A DNA stretch of 45,448 nucleotides from Archaeoglobaceae archaeon (lineage in GTDB: Archaea; Halobacteriota; Archaeoglobi; Archaeoglobales; Archaeoglobaceae): positions 1 through 45,448 of the forward strand of contig JBKHKH010000001.1 in the NCBI GenBank assembly GCA_046537735.1, given 5' to 3'. The notes beneath the pieces were generated by a model. The model had not been told where the DNA came from. It saw only the letters and a list, made by a program, of their open reading frames with translations, and did no database searches. This document shows positions 1 through 8,074 of this stretch, piece after piece. The translations under genes and the position numbers were made by a program. Numbering within the stretch: position 1 is the first letter of the stretch; each line of letters begins with the position of its first letter.

Positions 1-71
1 TGCTGAGGAATTACGTCAGCAAGAACAGGGAAATACTGAACCTCATAGAGAACTACCAGGAAGTCATTTAA
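1..71 (+). CDS. 3' end of a CDS truncated by the window edge (...LRNYVSKNREILNLIENYQEVI*)
   Basis: Open frame from position 3 to TAA at 69-71. Too short to identify. Confidence 0.25.
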   Translation, partial: LRNYVSKNREILNLIENYQEVI

Positions 72-142
72 TTTATATAATTCAATTTCAGGTTACTTGA
101 GAAAGAAGAAATTCCAGTTGCTTAGTTGCTTTTGCTTGTTGT

Positions 143-781
143 TTACAATTTTTGTTTTAGCATCTTCTCGGCGTTATGGAATGTCCGGTCAATATCTTTA
201 ACTCCAGCACCCTGAAGTATTTTTCTTGCCATTTGTGTGGTAATGAAGTCGGATGGTGAATGGGAGTCTGTGTTGATGACCAGTTCACATCCCATATTCT
301 GTGCCATGTCGGCCACGTGTCCATTTGTCAGGCTGTGCCCTCTCCTGGCCGAAATCTCTACAAACACCCCATTGGAACCAGCCAGCTGGGCTGTCTTCTC
401 GTCGATTAAACCGGGGTGGGCCAGAATATCCACTTCTTCCTGCACTGCAGCCAAATTTGTACCCGGCTTCACAGGCTCAGCGATGGATTCCCCATGCGCT
501 ACCACGATTTCTGCTCCCTCTTTTCTTGCCAGCTCTACGGCTCTACCCATAAGCTCGGGGGGTATGTGGGTCAATTCAACCCCAAAAAGGATTTTTAGCT
601 CGTAATCATCTCTAAAATCCATCAATTTCCTTAGATTGCTCAAAATCCATTCCATGTTGGAGAAGTCTGCATGATCCGTTATTGCCAGCCCTTCGTTACC
701 CAACTGGGACATTCTCCGAATAATTTCAGAGGGAATCAATTCTCCATCGCTAAAAGCCGAATGCAGGTGTAAATCGATCAT
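143..781 (-). CDS. PHP-family metal-dependent phosphoesterase
   Basis: N-terminal MIDLHLHSAFSDG motif, later ITDHA, AHGE and NTDSH His/Asp clusters typical of PHP (histidinol-phosphatase-like) hydrolases. 212 aa ORF with ATG start. Confidence 0.8.
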   Translation of the reverse strand: MIDLHLHSAFSDGELIPSEIIRRMSQLGNEGLAITDHADFSNMEWILSNLRKLMDFRDDYELKILFGVELTHIPPELMGRAVELARKEGAEIVVAHGESIAEPVKPGTNLAAVQEEVDILAHPGLIDEKTAQLAGSNGVFVEISARRGHSLTNGHVADMAQNMGCELVINTDSHSPSDFITTQMARKILQGAGVKDIDRTFHNAEKMLKQKL

Positions 782-803
782 TACGCAAGAATTAAATATT
801 CAG

Positions 804-1109
804 ATGAAAAAACTTTTCGCTGTGGGAGAGATAAGAAGAGTCGTCCTTGATGTCCTAAAACCGCATCAACCCTCGAACATAATACTGGCAAAGGAATTGA
901 GTGATGTGGAGATGGTTGAGGGTGTAAATCTGGCTCTGACAGAAATTGACCAGAACACAGAAACACTCAAGATCACTGTAGTCGGTTCTGATATCGATTT
1001 TGAGAAAATAAAGGAAGTTTTAGAGGAGCTAGGTGGAGTTATCCACAGTGTGGACGAGATTGTAGCTGGCAAGAAAATAGTGGAAGCCGTGGAAACAGAG
1101 CAAGATTGA
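804..1109 (+). CDS. DUF211 (COG1888) family small archaeal protein
   Basis: About 100 aa with the characteristic IRRVVLDVLKPH start and two alpha/beta half-domains. Confidence 0.75.
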   Translation: MKKLFAVGEIRRVVLDVLKPHQPSNIILAKELSDVEMVEGVNLALTEIDQNTETLKITVVGSDIDFEKIKEVLEELGGVIHSVDEIVAGKKIVEAVETEQD

Positions 1110-1136
1110 GTAAATAAAGAAAAATAAGAGAATTGA

Positions 1137-1148
1137 TTTTTGGTTTTT
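1137..1148 (+). terminator. Oligo-T terminator region between convergent DUF211 and gap genes
   Basis: TTTTTGGTTTTT directly downstream of the DUF211 stop. The complementary strand is also T-rich downstream of gap (TATTTTTCTTTATTT). Confidence 0.35.
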
Positions 1149-1150
1149 GA

Positions 1151-2161
1151 CTAGAAGATATCTAGGGTCCTGTTGGTGGTGTTGATGCTGTCTTCTTTGT
1201 CCTTTAGTTCGAACATTGCCCTGATAGCGTCCAAGTTCTCGGGTATCACTATGGACTCTTGAGGGATGGCCTGAGTGAGATAAAGCTCACCGTCGGCCAC
1301 TCCAATCGAGTCTTCCCAGACAACATTCTCGAAAAGATCAGAACGCATCCTCAACTCCCTTGCATATTCTATGACCTTAGCAGTGGAAGAGAACCCATCC
1401 TTGGATGATACCAGCATAATCCTGGGCTCTTCCCTTAAGGCTGCTGCCGCGTCATCTGGATTCGCTCTCTCGTCAGTCTCTATGTTGAGAGAATGAACGT
1501 GCATAAGAGTAGTGGGGACCTTGAATGCTGTAGTGGTAATATTCACATCCATGACGGTTTGAACGTCCGGACCGTGATGAGATGGGACCGATACGGGGTC
1601 GGGCTTGATAGCGTTGACCATACCTTTTTTATCTTCTTTGGGATCCACAACCCTTCTGATCATTGTAGCTCTGACCTTTTTGAGACCGAATTTCTGTTTA
1701 ATGGTGTACAGCAACCGGGTCAAGCCTGTAGTATTGCAGCTAACCACTCTGACGTATCTTTTGCCTCTGGCGTTATCGTAGTTGGCGAGAGCATTGAAAG
1801 AGACATCTGCGGTGTCTTTCTTCTCTCCTCCCTGGAATATGGCCTTAACGTCGGCTTTCTGGTAATAATTGGCCTTATTGTCCGCTCCCACTTTATTGGG
1901 ACTACAATCAGCTATAACATCTGACTCGGAAACGAGATTCTCAATCGTGCCCTCCACCGGGAGACCGGCTTCCTTGAAAAGGTCCAATCTTTCGGGAATG
2001 GCAGCATAAAGTTTATAACCTTTTTTTATGGCCAGTTTAGCCTCAAAATCAGGTTTGGTCTTGGTGACCCCTACGATTTCCATATCATTCTGCAAGCTTA
2101 CCGCATCAGAAATACGCTTGCCGATGGTACCATATCCATTTACCCCAACCTTGACCTTCAT
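1151..2161 (-). CDS. gap: Archaeal type II glyceraldehyde-3-phosphate dehydrogenase, NAD(P)-dependent
   Basis: MKVKVGVNGYGTIGKRI Rossmann start, VVSCNTTGL catalytic Cys motif. Length 336 aa and overall pattern match archaeal GAPDH. Confidence 0.95.
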   Translation of the reverse strand: MKVKVGVNGYGTIGKRISDAVSLQNDMEIVGVTKTKPDFEAKLAIKKGYKLYAAIPERLDLFKEAGLPVEGTIENLVSESDVIADCSPNKVGADNKANYYQKADVKAIFQGGEKKDTADVSFNALANYDNARGKRYVRVVSCNTTGLTRLLYTIKQKFGLKKVRATMIRRVVDPKEDKKGMVNAIKPDPVSVPSHHGPDVQTVMDVNITTTAFKVPTTLMHVHSLNIETDERANPDDAAAALREEPRIMLVSSKDGFSSTAKVIEYARELRMRSDLFENVVWEDSIGVADGELYLTQAIPQESIVIPENLDAIRAMFELKDKEDSINTTNRTLDIF

Positions 2162-2337
2162 TCAACCACCACTCTATGGTTTTGTAGATCTATCACATTA
2201 ATTTTTCCTGTATGCTCCACTTCTTCGAATATCCCATAGATCCTCAACTTATCGCCTTCAACCTCAATCTTAATCGCCTCTTCCATGAGCACTTCCTCTT
2301 TATTCCCGACTCTTCTAACCACTTTAGATTCGCACAC
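2162..2337 (-). CDS. Unlisted small ORF (58 aa with GTG start; 42 aa if ATG at 2284-2286), hypothetical protein
   Basis: Reverse-strand frame reads V-CESKVVRRVGNKEEVLMEEAIKIEVEGDKLRIYGIFEEVEHTGKINVIDLQNHRVVVE*. AAGGTG Shine-Dalgarno lies 5 nt upstream of the GTG. The TGA stop (2162-2164) abuts the gap ATG (2159-2161). Below the 60-aa track cutoff. Confidence 0.4.
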
Positions 2338-2346
2338 GGTATCACC

Positions 2347-2643
2347 TTATAGAATAGTCATCTGGGCATGCCAGCATCCACCAATATCCAGAACGTTGGA
2401 CTCTTCCACAATTCCATGATTAATGGCCATCTTGACCGCCTTTTTTCCGGAAAGATTTGCTATAGTGGCTTTCTGCAATGCTTTTTTCACTTCCTCTTCC
2501 TCTACTTCCTGCTCACCGTAAAAGTTCTCTTTGATCTCTATCTGCAGATCTTCTTCCTCGAATTTCTGTCCAACTATGTCTGAGTCACAGACGGCCACAA
2601 GGGTCTCATTCCCCATATTGTAAACCTTCATCCTGAATATCAT
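2347..2643 (-). CDS. DUF424 (COG2412) family protein
   Basis: 98 aa with the MKVY...LVAVCDSDIVGQKFEE pattern typical of archaeal DUF424. 3-nt gap to aIF2-beta upstream. Confidence 0.75.
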   Translation of the reverse strand: MIFRMKVYNMGNETLVAVCDSDIVGQKFEEEDLQIEIKENFYGEQEVEEEEVKKALQKATIANLSGKKAVKMAINHGIVEESNVLDIGGCWHAQMTIL

Positions 2644-2646
2644 GTT

Positions 2647-3060
2647 CTAAGTTCTTACAGAATGTTTGGCTCCGCATGCCAGACACTTCAAAAATAATAC
2701 TCTATCCTCTTTAACGAGTTCAGTATCAGGAGCTCCACACTCTTTACAGATAACAAACTCCTTAACGTAATTGTCAACCTCTCTCTGGATGTCCTCTTCG
2801 GTAAATTTACCCTGTAAAATCACTCTACCGCTCTCCAGAAAACCAGCAGTACCCAGAGCCTTTACCAGCTGCTTGTAGAGATGCTTTTCATCCCTATTGA
2901 TGTCCTTAGCTACACTCGCAAAATTCTTGATGATAGTTCTGCTCCCCTCCCTCTGAGTACTGACTTTGGGAAGCTTAAACCTCTCTCTCTTAATCAATTC
3001 TTCAGGGAGCTCTTCTATGGCTTTTTCAAGTAGATCCTCGTAACTTTTCATTTTTATCAC
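2647..3060 (-). CDS. eif2b: Translation initiation factor aIF2 beta subunit
   Basis: 137 aa. N-terminal YEDLLEKA helix, central domain, and C-terminal C4 zinc ribbon CKECGAPDT...CLACGA. Confidence 0.92.
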   Translation of the reverse strand: MIKMKSYEDLLEKAIEELPEELIKRERFKLPKVSTQREGSRTIIKNFASVAKDINRDEKHLYKQLVKALGTAGFLESGRVILQGKFTEEDIQREVDNYVKEFVICKECGAPDTELVKEDRVLFLKCLACGAKHSVRT

Positions 3061-3075
3061 CTATTCCATCACATA

Positions 3076-3513
3076 TTACATATCATCTTTAGAGTAATAA
3101 ATCATGTTCTTCCAGTTCAAACCAATTTCTTTTACTACCTTAAAAATAGTTTTCCCAGGGTCTTCTAAACAGTAAAAAAGGTGGGAGTTGCATTTGCAAT
3201 CCGAGCAACCGAAACCCTTTATCTGGGAGAATACAGCCGAAAGACCCCCAGCAAGAGAGCACTCCAACTTCTTGTCAGGGATGCCTAGAGCGTATAATGG
3301 TTCAGCGCTGATGGTAAGGTAGTCGATGTGCCACCACAACTTTTTTTCTTTCATAAAGTGCCGTTTTATTCTCTTTTCCAGGTTGTTCATGGCACTGCCG
3401 GTATAGATATAGTAACCTGGGTTGAAGTCTATTAGCCCCAGCTTTCCAATCCCTATTTTCCTAGCTGATGAGAGGTGGGTTATAAGGAGGTAGCTGCCTT
3501 TTAGTGTGCCCAT
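3076..3513 (-). CDS. GIY-YIG superfamily (DUF123 / Uri-type) endonuclease-like protein
   Basis: GSYLL...GYYIYTGSA...LEKRIKRH motifs and C-terminal Cys cluster GCSDCKC. Start trimmed to the ATG at 3511-3513 (MGTLKGSY). Confidence 0.75.
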   Translation of the reverse strand: MGTLKGSYLLITHLSSARKIGIGKLGLIDFNPGYYIYTGSAMNNLEKRIKRHFMKEKKLWWHIDYLTISAEPLYALGIPDKKLECSLAGGLSAVFSQIKGFGCSDCKCNSHLFYCLEDPGKTIFKVVKEIGLNWKNMIYYSKDDM

Positions 3514-3860
3514 CCTATGGAGAATCAATTAGGAGGTTAAGTAACTTTTTACTGTTGTGGTGGAGGTGGAGAAGAGAAGTTACTATTTCCAAATATCCAT
3601 CCGAAAGAGCCTTAGGAAAGGTTTTTGATGATTTTAACCATATACAGAAATATATCAAAAAAGATATATAAGAACAGATCGTTTTATATCTTGGGAGAGT
3701 GAAATTAAGGATAACCAAGGAGACTGGGAGTCGACTACCAATAAATACTATTAAATATTAAAGTTGATAATAAACAGTTACACTTGGATTCCAAAGCATT
3801 TTAAATCTCTGTACTGAAGAATAATCAGTCATTATATCCAACAATAAGGAGAGGATTGAA

Positions 3861-4454
3861 GTGGAAAAGATAGAAGGTCTGATTGAAAGGGCCAGGAGAC
3901 TCAAGGAGAAAGGCCTTACAACGGGTGAGATTTCAGATGAGCTTAATGTATCCCGGGATACTGCTCTATGGCTTGTTAGTAGAGCTAGGGGAGATGTGAC
4001 ACCTCCTTCTGATATTTATATTGAGTGGAGGAACCTATCTTCGCCGTTCAGGCTTCGTAACATAGCCGCGACCATGGCGGACATGATCCTGGAGGCTGTG
4101 GAGGACGAGCCTGAGGTGGTGATCGGGGTCGCTACCAGTGGGGTACCTATTGCTACCATGATCGCAGAGGAGCTGGATGTTGATCTGGGCATTTATTACC
4201 CTAAAAAGCTCAGAGAAGAAGCTGGCAATGATGCTACCGGGTTTTTCAGTGGAAATTATGCCACAGTCACTGACAAGAAGTGCGTGGCTATTGATGACAT
4301 CGTGACCAGTGGGAATACTCTCAGAGAGCTGGCAAAGAACGTCAAAAAGAAGGATGGAGAACTCTTATGTGCTGCTGTGATCATCGACAAGATGGGATTA
4401 ACTGAGATAGAAGGGTTTCCTGTGCTCAGCAGCTTGAAGATAATGAGGCTTTAG
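3861..4454 (+). CDS. PyrE-like protein: N-terminal HTH fused to type I phosphoribosyltransferase fold (GfcR-like putative regulator)
   Basis: HTH segment GLTTGEISDELNVSRDTALWLV followed by a PRTase core with PRPP loop VAIDDIVTSGNT. GTG start preceded by AAGGAGAGG. Confidence 0.82.
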   Translation: MEKIEGLIERARRLKEKGLTTGEISDELNVSRDTALWLVSRARGDVTPPSDIYIEWRNLSSPFRLRNIAATMADMILEAVEDEPEVVIGVATSGVPIATMIAEELDVDLGIYYPKKLREEAGNDATGFFSGNYATVTDKKCVAIDDIVTSGNTLRELAKNVKKKDGELLCAAVIIDKMGLTEIEGFPVLSSLKIMRL

Positions 4455-4496
4455 TAGGCTTTAGTTTAGTGAAATTAGATAGACATAGGTATAGTA

Positions 4497-5453
4497 ATGG
4501 ATATTTGTGTTCTGGTACCAACACTAAACGAAGAGAAGACCATTGGAGAAGTAGTTGAGGGCTTCAGAAGTTTGGGCTACAGAGTAGTAGTAATTGACGG
4601 GCACAGTAAGGACAGGACCGTGGAGATCGCAGAGAGCAAGGGAGCAGAAGTAATACTCCAAACCGGTAAGGGGAAAGGGCAAGCCATCAAGGAGGCATTC
4701 AACTATATAGATAGCGAAGTTCTGGTAATGGTCGATGGAGACGGAACCTACCTTCCGGAGGAAGTTGATTATCTTCTTGAACCCATAAAAAAAGGATTCG
4801 CGGACCACGTAATAGGGAATAGACTGGCGAACTTTGAAGAAGGAGCCTTTACAAAGCTGAATTTGATAGGGAATAAGATCCTGAACTTTTTCTTCAGGTT
4901 GAACTACGGAAGTGATCTTCACGATATTCTCTCTGGTTACAGAGCATTTACTCAGGACGTTTACAAGAATGTAGATCTAAAAAAGTTGGGCTTTGAGGTG
5001 GAGACAGAGATTACGGTGGACACCATAGCCAAAGGATTTACTGTAGTGGAAGTTCCCATAACTTACAGAGAAAGGGGGGGAGAGACCAAGTTAAATCCGC
5101 TGAGAGACGGATTCAGGATAGCCAGGACTATAAGCGAGCTGTTGAGCCAATACAGCCCAGGAAGGTATCTCTATTTTCTGGGATTTTCTCTTACTATAGT
5201 TGGATTGCTGACCGGACTTTACGTGACAATAGACTGGTTCAAAAACATTAACCACAATCTACTGGCTGTCTTAACCGCTCTGTTGATCATTTCGGGTTTG
5301 CAGGTCATTATAATGGGCGTTGTTAGTGATTTCATGTTCAGAAGCTCCTCACAGATGAGGCGGGAGCTGATAGAGATCAGAAGAGAAATAAAAGAAACCA
5401 AATCCAGAACCCCTCCTTTGAAGCAAACCTCTACTCAAGAACACAAGAAGTGA
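4497..5453 (+). CDS. Family 2 glycosyltransferase, dolichyl-phosphate hexose synthase-like, with C-terminal TM helices
   Basis: VLVPTLNEE, IDGHSKDRT and MVDGDG (DxD) motifs, then two hydrophobic helices near the C-terminus. Confidence 0.87.
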   Translation: MDICVLVPTLNEEKTIGEVVEGFRSLGYRVVVIDGHSKDRTVEIAESKGAEVILQTGKGKGQAIKEAFNYIDSEVLVMVDGDGTYLPEEVDYLLEPIKKGFADHVIGNRLANFEEGAFTKLNLIGNKILNFFFRLNYGSDLHDILSGYRAFTQDVYKNVDLKKLGFEVETEITVDTIAKGFTVVEVPITYRERGGETKLNPLRDGFRIARTISELLSQYSPGRYLYFLGFSLTIVGLLTGLYVTIDWFKNINHNLLAVLTALLIISGLQVIIMGVVSDFMFRSSSQMRRELIEIRREIKETKSRTPPLKQTSTQEHKK

Positions 5454-5480
5454 GCTAAACCGGACTTGGGGAGAGTTGGC

Positions 5481-6044
5481 ATGAAGATAAAAGTGGCTGT
5501 GGTGCTTCTCACTGTAGCTTTAATCCTGTCGTTTATCGCTCCATCGGAGGCGTTTTTGGGTGATTATTACAAGCTGATCTATCTTCACTTGCCTCTATCT
5601 ATTATATCATTCGCTTCACTGTTCTTGTTACCGGCAGCAACTTATCTTAACTGGAGGTCCCGGAATATGGCGGTAGCAACCATTATTTTTCTGTCGGTGA
5701 ATTTAGGTCTTTCAGCTTTATTTATGCAGGCTGCATGGGGAGGTGTATCTACCGCAGAACCGAGGGCTGTATTCAGTATATTCCTGCTGCTGTTGCTCAT
5801 CTTTTTCCTTGTCTGTTTGATGCTGTCCAGGAATGTGGCTCTAGTTTACTCTGTAGTGCAGTTGGTTCTGGCTATCTGGCTCTATCAGGAGGTATCTAAA
5901 GCTCCTTTTCAATTACACCCCATCTCTCTGGTTGATATGGGATTGCTTATGAAACTGCCTCTTGTATTTACCTTCCCAGCACTGGTATTGATCTATTACA
6001 GGCTCACGGAGATAAATTGGAGCTCCTTAAAATCAATAAAATAG
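5481..6044 (+). CDS. Six-TM integral membrane protein, faintly CcmC/CcsA-like
   Basis: Six hydrophobic segments. YKLIYLHLPLSI and AAWGG...EPRAVFSIF faintly recall CcmC helices, but the Trp-rich WGxxWxWD motif is absent. Start trimmed to ATG 5481 after GGGGAGAG. Confidence 0.6.
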   Translation: MKIKVAVVLLTVALILSFIAPSEAFLGDYYKLIYLHLPLSIISFASLFLLPAATYLNWRSRNMAVATIIFLSVNLGLSALFMQAAWGGVSTAEPRAVFSIFLLLLLIFFLVCLMLSRNVALVYSVVQLVLAIWLYQEVSKAPFQLHPISLVDMGLLMKLPLVFTFPALVLIYYRLTEINWSSLKSIK

Positions 6045-6088
6045 AAAAGAGAAGAAATTTAATGGAATTGTTTATTCATCCGGCTTAT

Positions 6089-7141
6089 TCAGTTCTGGCC
6101 CTCTTCAGCGGAAGGCGCTTGTGACGTGTGAGCGCTGAAATCTTCTTTGGGGCCCTCCTGCTTGTCGCCCTCTTTAGTCAGTGCTGCTATGAGGCATCCT
6201 CTCGCCACGTTATAGATGGGCTCTTTAGCTTTATTTATGTTTGAAACGTCAACTGATAGCTTTGCATCTGCCAATCTCTTCTCGAACATGTCTATGAATC
6301 CTTTAGGTCTGGCACTGCCTCCGGCAATAGCGATGGGGAACTCAGCTTCCGGTGGTGTGACTTCGGTCAATCTTTTTCGCAGGTTCTGGATAATATAAGT
6401 TGTCAAAGCGTCATAATAAATGGACAGAGCACCTTCAACGCTTCCCAGCTCAAACTCGGTGTCCAGAGCGAATGACTTCTCTTTGATGGAAGTAACTCTC
6501 TCCTTGGTCATGCCTGTGGCAATCGCTACCTGTTCATCGATCCAGTCCCCACCTCTGGCAATGGAGAAGGATACAATTGGTGTTGCCATGTATGCCACGG
6601 TAACGTTTGTTAGGCCGGCACCTATACTAACCCCAATCCCTGTAAAGTTTTGCTTGGCCAGCTCGGAATATATCACTGCAAGCCCCTCGTCTATTACATG
6701 GGTTTCGTAGCCCAATCGCTTGGCAAGAGCCTCTATGGTCTTCTTATGGTAGAGCACGTTAATGTCGGAATCTACAGGATTGGCTGGGGACGATATGCAT
6801 GCCACTTCATTGGGTCTGGAAGGCCTCGAGAGAACCTTCTCTATTATCAGCTTGATCATCGGAATCGATTCCTTCTCTTCGGGGCTAATTATTCCGTACT
6901 TCATGGGACGTCTAACGTTCCTCTTGAAGACGTTGGCGAACTTGAAAGCGTCATCGCCCAAAATATGGAATTTATCACCCTTCTCTATATACAATACATT
7001 AGTAGAATCCAGCATGTTCTTGGTCAGATCACTGGCATCGATCTCTAGAAATGCGTTCCTTTCCTGGGCGAAAACAGTCGAGTCCCCCTCCTTTTCCGCA
7101 CAAATTATGTTCATGGTCCCTACATCAATACCTTTTCCCAT
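6089..7141 (-). CDS. Actin/Hsp70-superfamily ATPase (divergent archaeal actin-like protein)
   Basis: Phosphate-1 GIDVGTMN, phosphate-2 GVSIGAGLTNVTV and adenosine motif IAIAGGSARPKGF, in the order and spacing of MreB/ParM/FtsA-like proteins. About 350 aa with an acidic, disordered C-terminal end. ATG at 7139-7141 lies 5 nt after the upstream stop. Confidence 0.8.
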   Translation of the reverse strand: MGKGIDVGTMNIICAEKEGDSTVFAQERNAFLEIDASDLTKNMLDSTNVLYIEKGDKFHILGDDAFKFANVFKRNVRRPMKYGIISPEEKESIPMIKLIIEKVLSRPSRPNEVACISSPANPVDSDINVLYHKKTIEALAKRLGYETHVIDEGLAVIYSELAKQNFTGIGVSIGAGLTNVTVAYMATPIVSFSIARGGDWIDEQVAIATGMTKERVTSIKEKSFALDTEFELGSVEGALSIYYDALTTYIIQNLRKRLTEVTPPEAEFPIAIAGGSARPKGFIDMFEKRLADAKLSVDVSNINKAKEPIYNVARGCLIAALTKEGDKQEGPKEDFSAHTSQAPSAEEGQN

Positions 7142-7146
7142 TTTTA

Positions 7147-7902
7147 TCAACTCCCAAACAACCTAAATCTTTTCTTTCCTTCCTCCTCTTCTTCATTGTT
7201 TATAGTAGTTTCTTTTAATAAATCTGAGATCTCATCTAATTCATCATCTTTGACTTCCACTTTCCCGGACTGAACATTTCTCAGGCTTCTGACCTCATCG
7301 ATGTCGTCTTTAACTCTGGTGGTTTCTCTGCTGCTGGTAAATGATTTACTGGGTCTGAAGCCTTCCATGTCCACATCCTTAAATCTCAAACCTGAATCGG
7401 AAAACTCTACTATCCTTCTGGTCGATTCTTCAATGGCCCGATCGACCTCTCTCTCAATATCTTCGTCGGTGTACTCGGGTTGCTTTTCCCCCTTAATGCT
7501 AACAGGTACACCCTCGAGGAGGTTGAGCACGGCATTGGCAAAGGAGTTGGCCACCAGTATAGTGATCCCTCCTGCGTAGAGAAGGATTATGTAGGAAATA
7601 TTGGGATAAGCCCATCCCCGGGGGTAGTCAAAAGCAAATTTAAGCAAACCGATTACACAAAGGGCAAAACCAGCGGGTATCACATAATTGGTGTAAACAC
7701 TCCTCTGCTTTATCATTAAATTGAGTCCGGTGAGCGACACTGCAAGGCCGAAAGCCACCATGCTGTAGGTGAAACTGATTTGAGCTGGCTCAGAATTCCT
7801 GGTGAGGTTTACAGCAACTGCAAATCCTACACCAATTAGGGCCAGAATTATTCCAGCTAAAAACGTGAGCGAGGCCGTATAATATTTCAGCTTTGGACTC
7901 AT
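7147..7902 (-). CDS. 4-TM membrane protein with about 115-aa highly charged cytoplasmic tail
   Basis: Four hydrophobic helices in the first 135 aa, then a Glu/Asp/Lys/Arg-rich tail ending NNEEEEEGKKRFRLFGS. Immediately upstream of the actin-like gene. Confidence 0.7.
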   Translation of the reverse strand: MSPKLKYYTASLTFLAGIILALIGVGFAVAVNLTRNSEPAQISFTYSMVAFGLAVSLTGLNLMIKQRSVYTNYVIPAGFALCVIGLLKFAFDYPRGWAYPNISYIILLYAGGITILVANSFANAVLNLLEGVPVSIKGEKQPEYTDEDIEREVDRAIEESTRRIVEFSDSGLRFKDVDMEGFRPSKSFTSSRETTRVKDDIDEVRSLRNVQSGKVEVKDDELDEISDLLKETTINNEEEEEGKKRFRLFGS

Positions 7903-7926
7903 CCTGACAGGATTTACAACTCTAAG

Positions 7927-7934
7927 TATAAATA
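7927..7934 (-). promoter_or_regulatory. TATA-like box for the membrane-protein/actin-like operon
   Basis: Reverse strand TATTTATA sits about 25-30 nt upstream of the ATG at 7902, implying a leaderless or very short leader. A G7 run (7964-7970) lies further upstream. Confidence 0.3.
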
Positions 7935-8074
7935 ATTTCCTTAATTAATGAATACTATATTTTCCCCCCCAAAATTAACACAGAGGGCAAATATAACTGG
8001 AGATTCAGCCTATCCAGATAATAGAATAAAATAAAATCAAGATCAAACTGTTTTAAATTAAAAATTGGAACGTA

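Noticed and set aside
3515-3718. 67-aa minus-strand ORF upstream of the GIY-YIG gene
   Set aside because: It lies in the AT-rich divergent promoter region and overlaps the more plausible GIY-YIG start region. Its composition is Leu/Ile/Ser-rich and it has no RBS.
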